A DNA stretch of 64,000 bases from Macrostomum lignano (lineage: Eukaryota). How positions within the stretch are numbered: position 1 is the first letter of the stretch; every line of letters starts with the position of its first letter. Below the pieces are notes generated by a model that was given only the letters and a program-made list of their open reading frames with translations, had not been told where the DNA came from and did not search any database. A program made the translations under genes and the position numbers. Shown here piece after piece: positions 36,401 through 48,145 of this stretch. The stretch lies in NCBI GenBank assembly GCA_002269645.1, contig NIVC01001839.1, positions 215,595 to 279,594 on the forward strand. The letters run 5' to 3'.

Positions 36401-39400
36401 CCATCCATTCTAGAATATCTCATAACAGTCTAGCTCTAGACCCCCATTCTTCCCATCCATTCTAGAATATCTCATAACAGTCTAGCTCTGGATCCCAAAC
36501 TGTATAAAATGAATTTCTCTAATTTCTCCCATGCTCCCAAAACCCTGTCTGGCAACAGAACCGTCGCGTGGAATACATCGGCCTACTAGGCAAAATTGTT
36601 ACCGAATTCGGTCACCATGCTCGCCTGCAAGGATTAGCGGGTCTCCTACCGTCGGCCCAGCAGCAGCAGGCATCTGCAGATGCAAGCGCCGGCAGTTCGA
36701 CATCCGCCTCAGTCAACGACTCATTTTTCGACAATGTTCGCAGCGTCAATGTGAGTAAATGTTTATCTACATGATTGTTTAGTCTGTATAGTCTGGACTA
36801 TCCTGTGTATGGTCTCACCTGTATCCATTTAACCTTCTCTCTAGTCGGCTCGAATCGTGAAAGGATTCCGCCAGCTGATCACTTATCTAGCCAGCCCTAG
36901 AGGGGATTGCATCCCTGCTAATCTGCTGTATCACTACCTGCTGCCGCTGCCTATGCACTATTTGCACAAGAGCGGCCGGTCTGCTTCAGCAGGGAAACAG
37001 CAGCAGCAGCAGCAAGCTTCTAACAGACGCAGCTTAATAGAATCCTCTTTAGAGCTGCTGGCCTCCATCAGCTCCCGTCTGTCTTGGCCGATGCTGCAGC
37101 AGCTGCTCAAACTCTGCCTGAAAGGCTTGGACGGGCCGGCTACGGAATCCAAGCTGCCAGTGCGACTGGCCGTTGCCGCCCTGTCCGGTCTGGGAGAAAT
37201 CGGAGAACTAGACGAGGATGATCAATTAGAAATCGAACCGGAAGCGGCTAGCAAGCAAACTGGTAATCGGAAGCGACGATTGCGTTTCTTCCAGCAATCG
37301 GTTCCGGTTAGTAACAGTTTTGCAACGGTTAAACGAGCGAAGAAATTGTCACCGGAAGTGAATAATGGCAGACCGGAAGTGACTAATAGCAAATCGGAAG
37401 TGACTAATGGCAAACCGGAAGTGACTAAAGGCGAACCGGAAGTGACTATAGGCGAACCGGAAGTGACTAAAGGCGAACCGGAAATGACTAATAGAAAACC
37501 GGAAGTGACTAAAGGCGAACCGGAAGTGACTAATGGCGAACCGGAAGTAACTAACGAAGAACCAGCAGCGTCAAATAGCGCCACTAGATCAATGGGAGGC
37601 AGCGGGCCGTTGACTTTTCTAATAGAATTCGTCTGTCCCCGATTGGAGCGCCACCTGTCCAGAGACAAGACCGCCGCTGAGCAGCAGCACCGGTTGGCGC
37701 CGCGACAGGAGCCCCAGGTGCTTCAAGTATCCGTGGCCGTGGCCCTCGCTCAATTATTAGCTAAGCTACCCCGCCGGCTGCGAGACCAACGCCTGCCTAA
37801 GCTGGTCTATCGGCTAGCGGAGTTCCTTCGCAGTCGGGAACACGCCGTACGCAAAGAGGCCGGTGCAACTTTAGTACGAGTTGTACAGTTGCTAGGCAAC
37901 GACTATCTAGGCTTTGTTGCCAGGGAATTGAGCCTGCTATTGGCTAGAGGATACACTCGGCACGTGTTGGCGCACACGCTGCACTCTCTGTTGCGTCACT
38001 GCCAGGCTGCTGGCATGCCCACCGGCTGTCTGGATGGCGAGACCCTGGATCGGCTGTGCCGCATCTACATGGACGAATTGTTGGGCGACTTGTCCAAGGA
38101 GAAAGAGGTCTAGAATTGATTCTATTGCGATGTTGTACTTTCTTTTTAGTTATCACTTGAGATTTTAAGTTCACTCTTATTTAAATTTGAAGTTCCCGTC
38201 TCCTAATCTAGATACCCGAAATCCCGGATCTTCCTAATTAGGTCATAAATTAATTACAATCATTAATGATTGGAATATTCCCTATCTAAATAAAAAATCC
38301 CAAATTCCGTCTCCCTAATTATATTAATTCATAAATTAAGTCCAATCACTCCCTATCTATAGATCACAAATCCCAAATCCCATCACTCCCTATCTATGGA
38401 TCACAAATCCCAAATCCCATCACTCCCTATCTATGGATCACAAATCCCAAATCCCATCACTCCCTATCTATAGATCACAATTCCCAAATCCCATCACTCC
38501 CTATCTATAGATCACAATTCCCAAATCCCATCACTCCCTATCTATGGATCACAAATCCCAAACCCCATCACTCCCTATCTATCGATCACAAATCCCAAAC
38601 CCCATCACTCCCTATCTATCGATCACAAATCCCAAATCCCATCACTCCCTATCTATAGATCGAGAACCACTCCCTGTCTATAGATCACAAAATCCCATCA
38701 CTTCCTATAGATCAAGAATCACTCATTATCTATAGATCACAAAATCCCATCACTTCCTATCTATAGATCAAGAACCACTCCCTATCTATATATTAAGAAC
38801 CACTTCCCTATCTATAGATCAAGAATCACTCCCTATCTATAGATCAAGAACCACTCCCTATCTATAGATTAAGAACCACTCCCTATCTATAGATCAAGAA
38901 CCACTCCCTATCTATAGATCAAGAACCAATCCCTATCTATAGATCAAGAATCACTCCCTATCTATAGATCAAGAACCACTCCCTATCTATAGATCAAGAA
39001 CCAATCCCTATCTATAGATCAAGAATCACTCCCTATCTATAGATCAAGAACCACTCCCTATCTATAGATCAAGAACCAATCCCTATCTATAGATCAAGAA
39101 CCACTCCCTATCTATAGATCAAGAACCACTCCCTATCTATAGATCAAGAACCACTCCCTATCTATAGATCAAGAACCACTCCCTATCTATAGATCAAGAA
39201 TCACTCCCTATCTATAGATCAAGAACCACTCCCTATCTATAGATCAAGAACCACTCCCTATCTATAGATCAAGAACCACTCCCTATCTATAGATTAAGAA
39301 CCACTCCCTATCTATAGATTAAGAACCACTCCCTATCTATAGATCAAGAATCACTCCCTATCTATAGATCAAGAACCACTCCCTATCTATAGATCAAGAA

Positions 39401-42400
39401 CCAATCCCTGTCTATAGATCACAAAATCCCATCACTTCCTATAGATCAAGAATCACTCATTATCTATAGATCACAAAATCCCATCACTTCCTATCTATAG
39501 ATCAAGAACCACTCCCTATCTATATATTAAGAACCACTTCCCTATCTAGATCAAGAATCACTCCCTATCTATAGATTAAGAACCACTCCCTATCTATAGA
39601 TCAAGAACCACTCCCTATCTATAGATCAAGAACCACTCCCTATCTATAGATCAAGAACCACTCCCTATCTATAGATCAAGAACCAATCCCTATCTATAGA
39701 TCAAGAATCACTCCCTATCTATAGATCAAGAACCACTCCCTATCTATAGATCAAGAACCAATCCCTATCTATAGATCAAGAACCACTCCCTATCTATAGA
39801 TCAAGAACCACTCCCTATCTATAGATCAAGAACCACTCCCTATCTATAGATTAAGAACCACTCCCTATCTATAGATTAAGAACCACTCCCTATCTATAGA
39901 TCAAGAATCACTCCCTATCTATAGATCAAGAACCACTCCCTATCTATAGATCAAGAACCAATCCCTATCTATAGATCAAGAACCACTCCCTATCTATAAA
40001 TCACAAATCTTAAATCCCATCACACACTATCTATAGATAAAAACTTCCATATCCCAACACTCCCTATCTACGAGGGATCTTAGTCTTAATTCGTAGATCT
40101 GAAATCCACTTGATCAACATATTGTTCTTAATCTTAGCCTAGAGAGTCAGTCAGATCAAAGTACAAATAGTCTATAGATATCTACGCCACCCCACCACCC
40201 CCCCCCTCGCAGGTGGAAGCGCTCACCCGCAAGCTGCCTGAGGCGCAGCGCACTCACGCCTATAGCGTGATGCACCGCCTTGGCTCCATGGTGGGCCCAA
40301 CCGGCCTGGCCCAGCTCACCAACATTCTGGCCAATCAGTGCTCCGCTGTGCGCAGCTTAGCCGCGCTTAAAAAACTCGAACGACTCTGTGGTCAGCTGGA
40401 ACGAGCCGACTCGTTGCCTGGCAACAGCGGATTAACAGACGAACAGTTGCTAACCGCCGCTCACCTGCTCTGTCGTCGAGCAGGCGACGAACAGAATGGC
40501 GATAATAATTCGAAAGATAAATTGTTAGTAGCATCAGGAATCGAACCCGCGGCTGAGCATCGAAGTGTCGGCATTCGCGGCCCGGACTGTCGACTACTGG
40601 ACCCGGAGCCTGCCAGATCCGAGACGCGACCCGCGCAGCTCGGCAGCTATCAAGTGCTGCTAAGATTCGGCCTGAGATTGCTCTACGCTGTGCTCAGAAA
40701 TGCTTCATCAAAAAGCGACTCAGAGAGCGGCAAGAATAAAAACTGCTCCCCGATATCGCGTCGGATGCTGGATCCGTTTGTGCCGATTCTGTTGAGCTCG
40801 TTGGATTCGCAACACACAGCTGTGCTCACGGCGGCTCTGCAGTGTCTCAGCCGTCTGGTTCCCCTGCATCAGTTGGCGGCTACAGCTGCTGCTGATCTCG
40901 ATAAAGGCCAAGGCCAATCCAGCAACGCTTACCGGCCGATTGCTAAGCGCGTTCTGGCTCTGTTTAACGAGCAAAGCTTGCACTGGTCAACTAGGCAACA
41001 GTTGCAGCAGCCGTCTCAATTGCAACAATTGCTGCATAAAACTTTAGCCGTTCTCATTAGACACGACGCGCTGTCGCAGCCGGATCTGGTCACCATAGTA
41101 GACTACATCGCTCTGGATGTGGACAGTCCGCACAGGGCCAGTCACGCTTTTCCTCTGCTCCGAGCTTTGCTAGCTAAACGCCTCAACCCTAAGCCGCAGC
41201 TGAGACACGAATTAGACGTTGAAACTGAGAAAGATCACGCCAGTCTGTCCTCTATCATGGACTCCTTGCGTAGTCTAGTGGTCACATCTGCGCTAGACTA
41301 TGTTCGCAGTCAGTCGCGCGACTGTCTGTTAATCTATCTTAGAGATTATCAACTGCCAGCTAAAACTGTACGACGCTATTTGGACTTCTTCTTAGTTCAG
41401 TTGGATTACGATGGCGTGGATGGTAGGAGCTCGGCTGTGCAGATGCTGGCCTCCCTGATCCACTGCATCTCAGCTGACTGGCTGGTGAATGGCGATCTGG
41501 CCAGGGTGCTGTTCCTCAAACTGTTAGTAGCCGCAGACTCGGAATGCAATGATCAGCTGAGAGCCCGGCTAACCGACTGCTTGCACGGCCTGTTGCGCAG
41601 ATGCGGCGCAGATCAGCGCAGAGAATTGTTTGCCTCAGCTTTGCGTCTGATGCGCACGGATGTTAAACAGTTGTCGCAACGGGTTGTTCAACAACGCCTG
41701 GGTCTGACTGCGGCTTTGTCGTTTTTTGAGTACAGAGAAGTTGAAACAGAGAGCGGCGATGAAGAGAACTGGTCCACAGTTGAATTGCACACCTGCTTAG
41801 CTGAACTGTTGAAGCAACTGGCTGATGCATCCTTGAGTACAGCCGAACACGAGCAGAAGCCTAAAAGCCTAAAACAAGCTCAAGAGACTGACGTGGTAAA
41901 CGAAGCAATCGATCATGCTCTGTTCCGTTGTGTTGACTTGTTAGCCAGATGTCCCAATGCGCTGCAGCTGCAGCAGGTACACACAGACATCTGGTCATTG
42001 TTAGAGAGCCTACTGAATCATCGGTTCGCTTGGGTTCGGCGTCGCTGTCTGCAGTTGGTTGCTAACAGACTGGCTGAGCAGTCCCAGCCGGCAATGACTG
42101 ACACAGACTCAGCCATGTCTCACTGTCGCACTCTGGCCTTGGCATTTTTTGATCAGTTAAAATCGCCTCACCTGGATGAGGCCTGGTCAGACGATGTGGC
42201 TCGCGCACTTGTTCACCTGTGCTGTCGGGTTCACCAGCTAGAACTGGGTAGTGACGCGAGTCCAGCAACAGCCGGTTTAACCGGCGCAGATAAAGGCTTC
42301 TCAACCGAATGGATTCTGCTCAGAGTTGGCCGAGAGTCGCGCTACGAATTGCAGCATTTGAAGCCGTCAACGCTTCGCCGCTGCCTAGCCTTGAAGGTGT

Positions 42401-42783
42401 GCGCCGGGGTGGCCTCCGTGCTGGGCGGTGACGCTTTGGAATCGTCCGGCTGTCTTCGCCGGTGCCTGGCCGTGGCGGCGCGCGAACTTCGACAGCGAAA
42501 TGCTTCGCCAGAAGTGACCGATCTGGCGCACTCGCTGTTGGACACACTGCGACGGGGCGTCGGAGAGTCCGCCGTGGCCTCGGCGCTGGCCCAGCTGACC
42601 AGGTCGCGAGCTGCTGCCCGGTCCGACCGTGCCGGATCGCTGGCTGCCGCCGCCGTCACTCAACCGGAAGTGTTCGCTAGACGGAAACGCCGCAAACAGC
42701 AAAAGAAAGCTGAAGCGGCCAAGGCCAAGATTGCCAAGTTTAAATTGGCCAGGCGTGGCGGTCTGGCTGCTTCTAAGAAATAG
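21435..42783 (+). CDS. UTP20: UTP20 / small-subunit processome component 20 (HEAT-repeat), 2949 aa; join(21435..21482,21584..21655,21741..21816,21903..21964,22054..22124,23243..24502,25300..25476,25578..26781,29682..30361,31385..32032,32666..32792,34734..35132,36559..36750,36845..38107,40213..42783)
   Basis: Motifs matching UTP20 in order: NTFK|FQGF, ALEKWTELN, LAAESFAFLLRKL, LNAWDKRHIEMPDFERR, SFFDNVRS, FLRSREHAVRKEAG, LLARGYTRHVLAHTLHSLL, KEKE|VEAL, FLVQLDYDGVDGRSSA, basic C-tail. All 14 introns GT-AG with consistent phase; 8850 nt total with no internal stop. Confidence 0.93.
22200..23240. repeat. 40 bp minisatellite (ATTCACATTGGCATCGCATTCACCCACCCAACCACCCACC)n in UTP20 intron 5
   Basis: About 25 copies; the last copy runs into the acceptor ...ATTCACCCACCCGCAG. 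Confidence 0.95.
24504..25292. repeat. 23 bp G-rich minisatellite (GCTGAGGGAGGGGTGTAGCCTGA)n forming almost all of UTP20 intron 6
   Basis: About 34 copies from the donor to within about 8 nt of the acceptor. Confidence 0.95.
26930..29590. repeat. 31-33 bp purine-rich minisatellite (GAGAGGAGAAGGATAGAGTCGGGATAGAGCTAA)n in UTP20 intron 8
   Basis: About 80 copies with degenerate edges. Confidence 0.96.
30405..31297. repeat. 28 bp minisatellite (CCAGCCTCCCAGATCCTCAGTTGCTGGG)n in UTP20 intron 9
   Basis: About 32 copies; source of ORFs 30346-31360. Confidence 0.95.
32043..32530. repeat. 24 bp minisatellite (GGGGTGAGATTCCAGTCAGTCTCA)n in UTP20 intron 10
   Basis: About 20 copies starting about 10 nt after the donor. 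Confidence 0.95.
33670..34375. repeat. 24 bp minisatellite (CAGACTATACCATGAACCCTCCTT)n in UTP20 intron 11
   Basis: About 29 copies; source of the (MNPPSDYT)n ORF. Confidence 0.95.
35424..35870. repeat. 39 bp minisatellite (CCCCAAATACCCTTTTTGATTCCCCATACCCTCTCGAAT)n in UTP20 intron 12
   Basis: About 8 good copies plus degenerate flanks. Confidence 0.9.
36334..36495. repeat. 52 bp unit x3 in UTP20 intron 12
   Basis: AGACCCCCATTCTTCCCATCCATTCTAGAATWTCTCATAACAGTCTAGCTCT repeated three times. Confidence 0.85.
37352..37561 (+). repeat. Coding 21 bp minisatellite in UTP20 exon 14 encoding (PEVTNGE)x10
   Basis: CCGGAAGTGACTAATGGCGAA units, in frame and stop-free. Confidence 0.92.
38350..40000. repeat. 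Compound 37 bp then 25 bp minisatellite (AAGAACCACTCCCTATCTATAGATC)n in UTP20 intron 14
   Basis: The two unit types share the core CACTCCCTATCTATAGATCA. Confidence 0.95.
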
Positions 42784-42899
42784 GACTGGCTGACGCATTG
42801 CTCCGGTGTTCTGTGTCTAAAGTCCGGCTTGTTTTCTAATATTCGGACTGTTAGGGCTTAGTTTTGAACAGGGATTATCGAAGTTTCGGGTTCAGGCTT

Positions 42900-43380
42900 G
42901 GTTTTTAGATCAGGTTTAGATTCGGGTTTTTAGGTCACGTTTAGATTCAAGTTTGTAGATCAGATTTAGATTCGGGTTTTTTAGGTCAGGTTTAGATTCA
43001 AGTTTGTAGATCAGATTTAGATTCGGGTTGTTTAGGTCACGTTTAGATTCAAGTTTATAGATCAGATTTAGATTCGGGTTTTTTAGGTCAGGTTTAGATT
43101 CAAGTTTTTAGGTCAGGTTTAGATTCGGGTTTTTTAGGTCAGGTTTAGATTCAAGTTTATAGATCAGATTTAGATTCGGGTTGTTTAGGTCACGTTTAGA
43201 TTCAAGTTTATAGATCAGATTTAGATTCGGTTTTTTTAGGTCAGGTTTAGATTCAAGTTTTTAGGTCAGGTTTAGATTCGGGTTTTTTAGGTCAGGTTTA
43301 GATTCAAGTTTTTAGGTCAGGTTTAGATTCGGGTTTTTTAGGTCAGGTTTAGATTCAAGTTTTTAGGTCAGGTTGAGATC
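42900..43380. repeat. About 22-25 bp minisatellite (TAGGTCAGGTTTAGATTCRRGTTTT)n just 3' of the UTP20 stop
   Basis: About 20 alternating subunits. Confidence 0.9.
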
Positions 43381-43861
43381 CGGGTCTTTAAATTATATTC
43401 AAATTCGAATTCAGATTTCAAACAGAGTACAATTAAGGCATGATTTGAGAAGTTTCTTTTCGATTTCCATTTATTAATGTGGTTCACTGATGCAAATGCT
43501 TAGCAAGTGATGTGTAATTGTCTCTGATTTATCATTATCCTACTTTCCTGTTGATTTCATCTTACTTCCTTCCCGCTGTGCCCATTGTGCGTTGTCTTCT
43601 TTGGCTAAAGATTTGTTAAAGTTGGCCAAGAATTTAAAGTTTAAGAATTGTCATTTTCTAGCTCGGCCAACGCATTTGGTACTGCAGTTGAGCACCGCGA
43701 GTTGCACTGCTGTGGTATTAAATATAATCCCAGTTTGGGCATTTTATGTTGCTCGTCAGTTTTGTGGACACGAAATGTTGCTGCAGTTTTTAGCAGGATT
43801 CTTTGTTGGCTTGTTTTCTTGTAACTGTAGTAAGGGGCTGATGGTGGGTTTCTAGTGATGT

Positions 43862-44132
43862 GCTTGTCTGTCTGCCTGACTGTCTGTCTGCCCGCCTGTC
43901 TGCCTGTCTGTGTGTGTCTGTCGGTCTGTCTGTCTATCTGCCTGTCTGTCTGTCTGCCTCTGTCTGTCTGCCTCTGTCTGTCTGCCTGTCTGTGTGTGTC
44001 TGTCGGTCTGTCTGTCTGACTGTCTGCCTGTCTGTCTGCCCGCCTGTCTGTCTGTCTGTGTGTGTCTGCCTGTCTGTCTGTCTTTATGCCCGTCTGTCTG
44101 CCTGTCTGTCTGTCTTAGTGGCTGTCTGTCTG
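43862..44132. repeat. (TGTC)n-type microsatellite
   Basis: Imperfect CTGT/GTCT tandem. Confidence 0.9.
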
Positions 44133-44774
44133 TATTTTTATATCGGAGCCTATCATATATTTACTATTTTACGCTGTCTCCAAGTATCATAAAGCAAGTT
44201 CGGGCCGCCAGCCACACCGAATAATGAATAAATTTTGTTATCTTGTCTAGTCAGACATATGTTGAAACATTTATCCTATTGGCCGTTGGTATTTCGCGAT
44301 GACCTAAAAAAGAGCTATAAAAACTCAATGACTATAATAAATTCACTAAGTGCCCCATCGGGACATCCCATGCCTTTCAAAGCTGGGTATATTTGCCAAT
44401 GCAACGCTATGCAATTCTCAAAGCAATATGCGCTATCAGGTTAAGACTGTGTGCCAAGCTGGATTTCAGATTTAGGCCTTATCATAAGCGCTTATTTACA
44501 TCACTTCGAGCATTTATAGTGCGACCTTGCTGAATTGCTGACGTCAATGCAGCTTGATCTTCCCGTGGTTTGCTGTGTTGCTTGCGGCTTCTGCAATGCT
44601 TAATGGAGATTTCAGATGGGGTTTAATTTAGCTCGTATTATTGTTAATTCGACTGCGTGTTTATCCGACTTTGCTGTCGGATTAGGCAAGAGGATTACGT
44701 GATTAGAATTCGTCAGTCACTGATTAACGCAGTAGTTCGCTTTTAGAATTTCACGCGTTTCCAGGCTTGTCCGT

Positions 44775-45470
44775 GTCTTTGCATTCCTAATCTTAGTGTC
44801 TTTGCATTCCTGATCTTAGTGTCTTTGCATTCCTAATCTTAGTGTCTTTGCATTCCTGATCTTAGTGTCTTTGCATTCCTGATCTTAGTGTCTTTGCATT
44901 CCTGATCTTAGTGTCTTCATTCCTGATCTTAGTGTCTTTGCATTCCTGATCGTAGTGTCTTTTCATTCCTGATCTTAGTGTCTTTGCATTCCTGATCTTA
45001 GTGTCTTTGCATTCCTGATCTTAGTGTCTTTGCATTCCTAATCTTAGTGTCTTTGCATTCCTGATCTTAGTGTCTTTGCATTCCTGATCTTAGTGTCTTT
45101 GCATTCCTGATCTTAGTGTCTTTGCATTCCTGATCTTAGTGTCTTTGCATTCCTGATCTTAGTGAGTTTCTAATATTAGAGTCTTAGATATTAGATCTTT
45201 GAGTTTCTAATATTAGTGTCTTTACATTCCTAATCTTAGTGTCTTTACATTCCTAATCTTAGTGTCTTTACATTCCTAATCTTAGTGTCTTTACATTCCT
45301 AATCTTAGGGTCTTTTCATTCCTGATCCTAGTGTCTTTACATTCCTAATCTTAGTGAGTTTCTAATATTAGAGTCTTAGAAATTAGATCCTTGAGTTTCT
45401 AATATTAGTGTCTTTGCATTCCTGATCTTAGTGTCTTTGCATTCCTGATCTTAGTGTCTTTGCATTTCTC
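44775..45470. repeat. 23 bp minisatellite (TCTTAGTGTCTTTGCATTCCTGA)n
   Basis: About 24 copies with two interruptions by GAGTTTCTAATATTAG segments. Confidence 0.93.
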
Positions 45471-46011
45471 AAGCATCAGCAAGCAAAGTCCTCAGCATCT
45501 TTGCAATCAAGAGATTACCAGCATTTTCTTTAGTAAGTTGTTAATTCAGCTGGATTTAATTTGCAGTCCTGTTGCCATCATTGCACACTCCAGTTTGTGC
45601 AAATTGTTTGGCATAAATTGGCTGCATACAGGTGAATCGGTCAATCAATCCATCAATGGATGCATAAAATGTCCCCCTGCACGGGATTAAAACAGGAACA
45701 TTTGAGCAAGGAACCACCCTGTTTAATCGGTCAACAATATGCCAAATTCATTGATTATGCAGAGCGCTGCCATGCGGTAGGGGAGCTCTTGCTCGTATGA
45801 TTTTTGAGCAATCGTTTTTCCGATGGACGGATGATTGGGAGCAGGGATAAGCAATGTCTGGTTGTGCGGTCCAGCGCTTATTTTATAATTGGCTCTGCTT
45901 GACGTGAATTCTTTTTTTACTTTCTGATAAAACACTGCAGACATAATTGCTAATTCTCTAATTGCAGTGTTGACAAAAAGTGGGTGGATTATGATTGATT
46001 CCGTGTGTTGA

Positions 46012-46100
46012 CAGATAGATAGATAGGTAGATAGATAGATAGATAGATAGATAGATGGATAGATAGATAGACACACATGTAGACAGACAGAAAGACAGGC

Positions 46101-46135
<35 letters not shown>

Positions 46136-46368
46136 AAGATAGACAGGCAGACAGACAGACAGAAAGATAGAGACAGGCAGACAGACAGCCAGACAGACAG
46201 ACAGAAAGATAGACAGACAGACAGACAGACAGAAAGATAGACAGGCAGACAGACAGACAGACAGAAGGATATACAGACAGACGGACAGACAGACAGACAG
46301 ACAGAAGGATAGACAGGCAGACAGACAGACAGACAGACAGAAGGATAGACAGGCAGACAGACAGACAA
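46012..46368. repeat. (GATA)n/(GACA)n microsatellite
   Basis: Compound tetranucleotide tract. Confidence 0.92.
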
Positions 46369-46904
46369 GATATATGCATTCATGCATACAGATAGCTCAT
46401 ATTTCTCTAGTTGAAAGCAATTTGCCAATAGAAAATGGTAATTCTTAACAAGTGCAGGCAATTTGCTCAAGTGCCAAGGGGCAAATTGGCAGGTGCAAGC
46501 AGCAGTCTGCCTTCCCACACTTGTACGTGCGTGCCGCGCCAATGTTGCTGGGAGCGGAGCTGAGCATGATCGTGCTAGCAACTGGGAGAGCCCATGGGTT
46601 GGAGCTGCGGATATTTGAAGTTTGTTCAGCTTTTGCGCCGCGCCTTTGTCCTGCAAACACGGCCTCTGGCATGAGGGCCAGTTCTTGTGCTCAGCTGAAT
46701 TTGAAAAAGAAGAAAAATGAATGAAAGAAAGTTTGTTGCCACTGGAGCGCGCTCAGTTTTTAGCGTTTTCTCAGGTCAGTCAGAAGAATTCCTTCTTTGG
46801 GATCGATTTTTGTCAATATCTTTGCCACGAACTGCTCAAGTGGCAACAGAAGGACGCACGCTTGCAAATCTTCTCGAAAGAGATACACTGATTAAAGATC
46901 AAAG

Positions 46905-47095
46905 TCTGACTTTGTGTCTGTCTCTGTCATTTTGTCTGTGTGTCTTTGTTTCCTTGTATGTGTCTTTGTGTCTGTCTGTCGTCTGACTGTGCGTCTGTCT
47001 TCCTTTTTGTTTGTCTTTTGTCTTTGTGTTTGTCTTTTTGTCTGTGTGTCTTTGTATCGGTCTTTGTGTCAGCCTTTGTGTCCCTGTGTGTATGT
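46905..47095. repeat. Degenerate TG/TC-rich microsatellite
   Basis: TTTGTGTCTGTC-like low complexity. Confidence 0.75.
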
Positions 47096-48145
47096 GTGCC
47101 TAATTGTTAATTCCTGTCATTGTAAAGATTTCTTTCACTGTGATTTCTTTGAAATAAAATACTTGTAAAATAACCTTCAACAAACGAAATTCACTTAATT
47201 GTAGTTTAGAATTTTATACTTCTGCAGAAATATTATAACCAGAGTAGACTTTCTCAAGCAACCTTTGTTCCGATTATTTAGGCGTGGAACTACTGATTAA
47301 AAATAAAAAAAATGTTTAATATGGTTAAGTGATCGCTAATAGTTGCGACAGCAGAGCAAGTATATGCAAACATGCAGTTGGAGCAACTACATAAGTTTGG
47401 TTACGGTGTCGAACATTAAGTAAACTATAGCATAAGTTGAAACTAGTAGACATTGTGCCAATATGAAACAGTTAGCTTTCGAAGCAAAGCCAAGGGTAAA
47501 TCAATTTAGTAATTATGGCTGATGGCTTTTCTGACAGTGCTTTGACCCCTTGCTGGAGTGGGTGAAAAGTCAGCGCTGTGATGAGAAACACTCATAGCTG
47601 GAACTAAAACAGCTCACAGCTATTGGGGTTGCAAATTAACTCGAGTGGAATTAATTAGCCTAATTTATCCATGCCAAGCCGACTTACAATCGGAAACTGC
47701 ATTTGACAGCGAAAATGCTGGCGTATATGGATTGAGGCTGCATGGTAGGCATATAGCTGTGAACTGTATTTACAGCCAACTTCAAGGGTTGCCTCGCCCC
47801 ATAGAGACAGAAACCCTGGCTTGACAACGCCAGTTTTCTTCCGGTCTCTGGGGGAGGGGGAACAAATCCCACTATGCCACGGCCTCCATTGTGTGTCAGT
47901 TGGCACATTTCCGTATTGAATCAGAACACTGCACTCTTCATTAGTCACTCTACCTACGGAGCAAGCGATGTCGTAGAGGTGAAATAAACATTAATATTTT
48001 ACCGATGATGTTACAAATATCTCAAGTTCAGGGTTTACATTAACTGTCTAAAATTGACAGGAGTTATGCGCCTTGATATGAGTAAAACTTGTTGAGTTAG
48101 TTAAAATTGAAGAAACTATCAGATCAGCGTGTGTCGGTGGAGCTC

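Noticed and set aside
22200-40000. Tandem arrays as CRISPR arrays
   Set aside because: Units abut without unique spacers, there are no cas genes, and the context is eukaryotic.
44539-44546. CRE palindrome TGACGTCA
   Set aside because: The same 8-mer occurs inside exons (about 22055 and 57688); consistent with chance.
47655-47948. ORFs and a box-C-like GTGATGA near 47580
   Set aside because: No recognisable protein motif and no matching D box or terminal stem.
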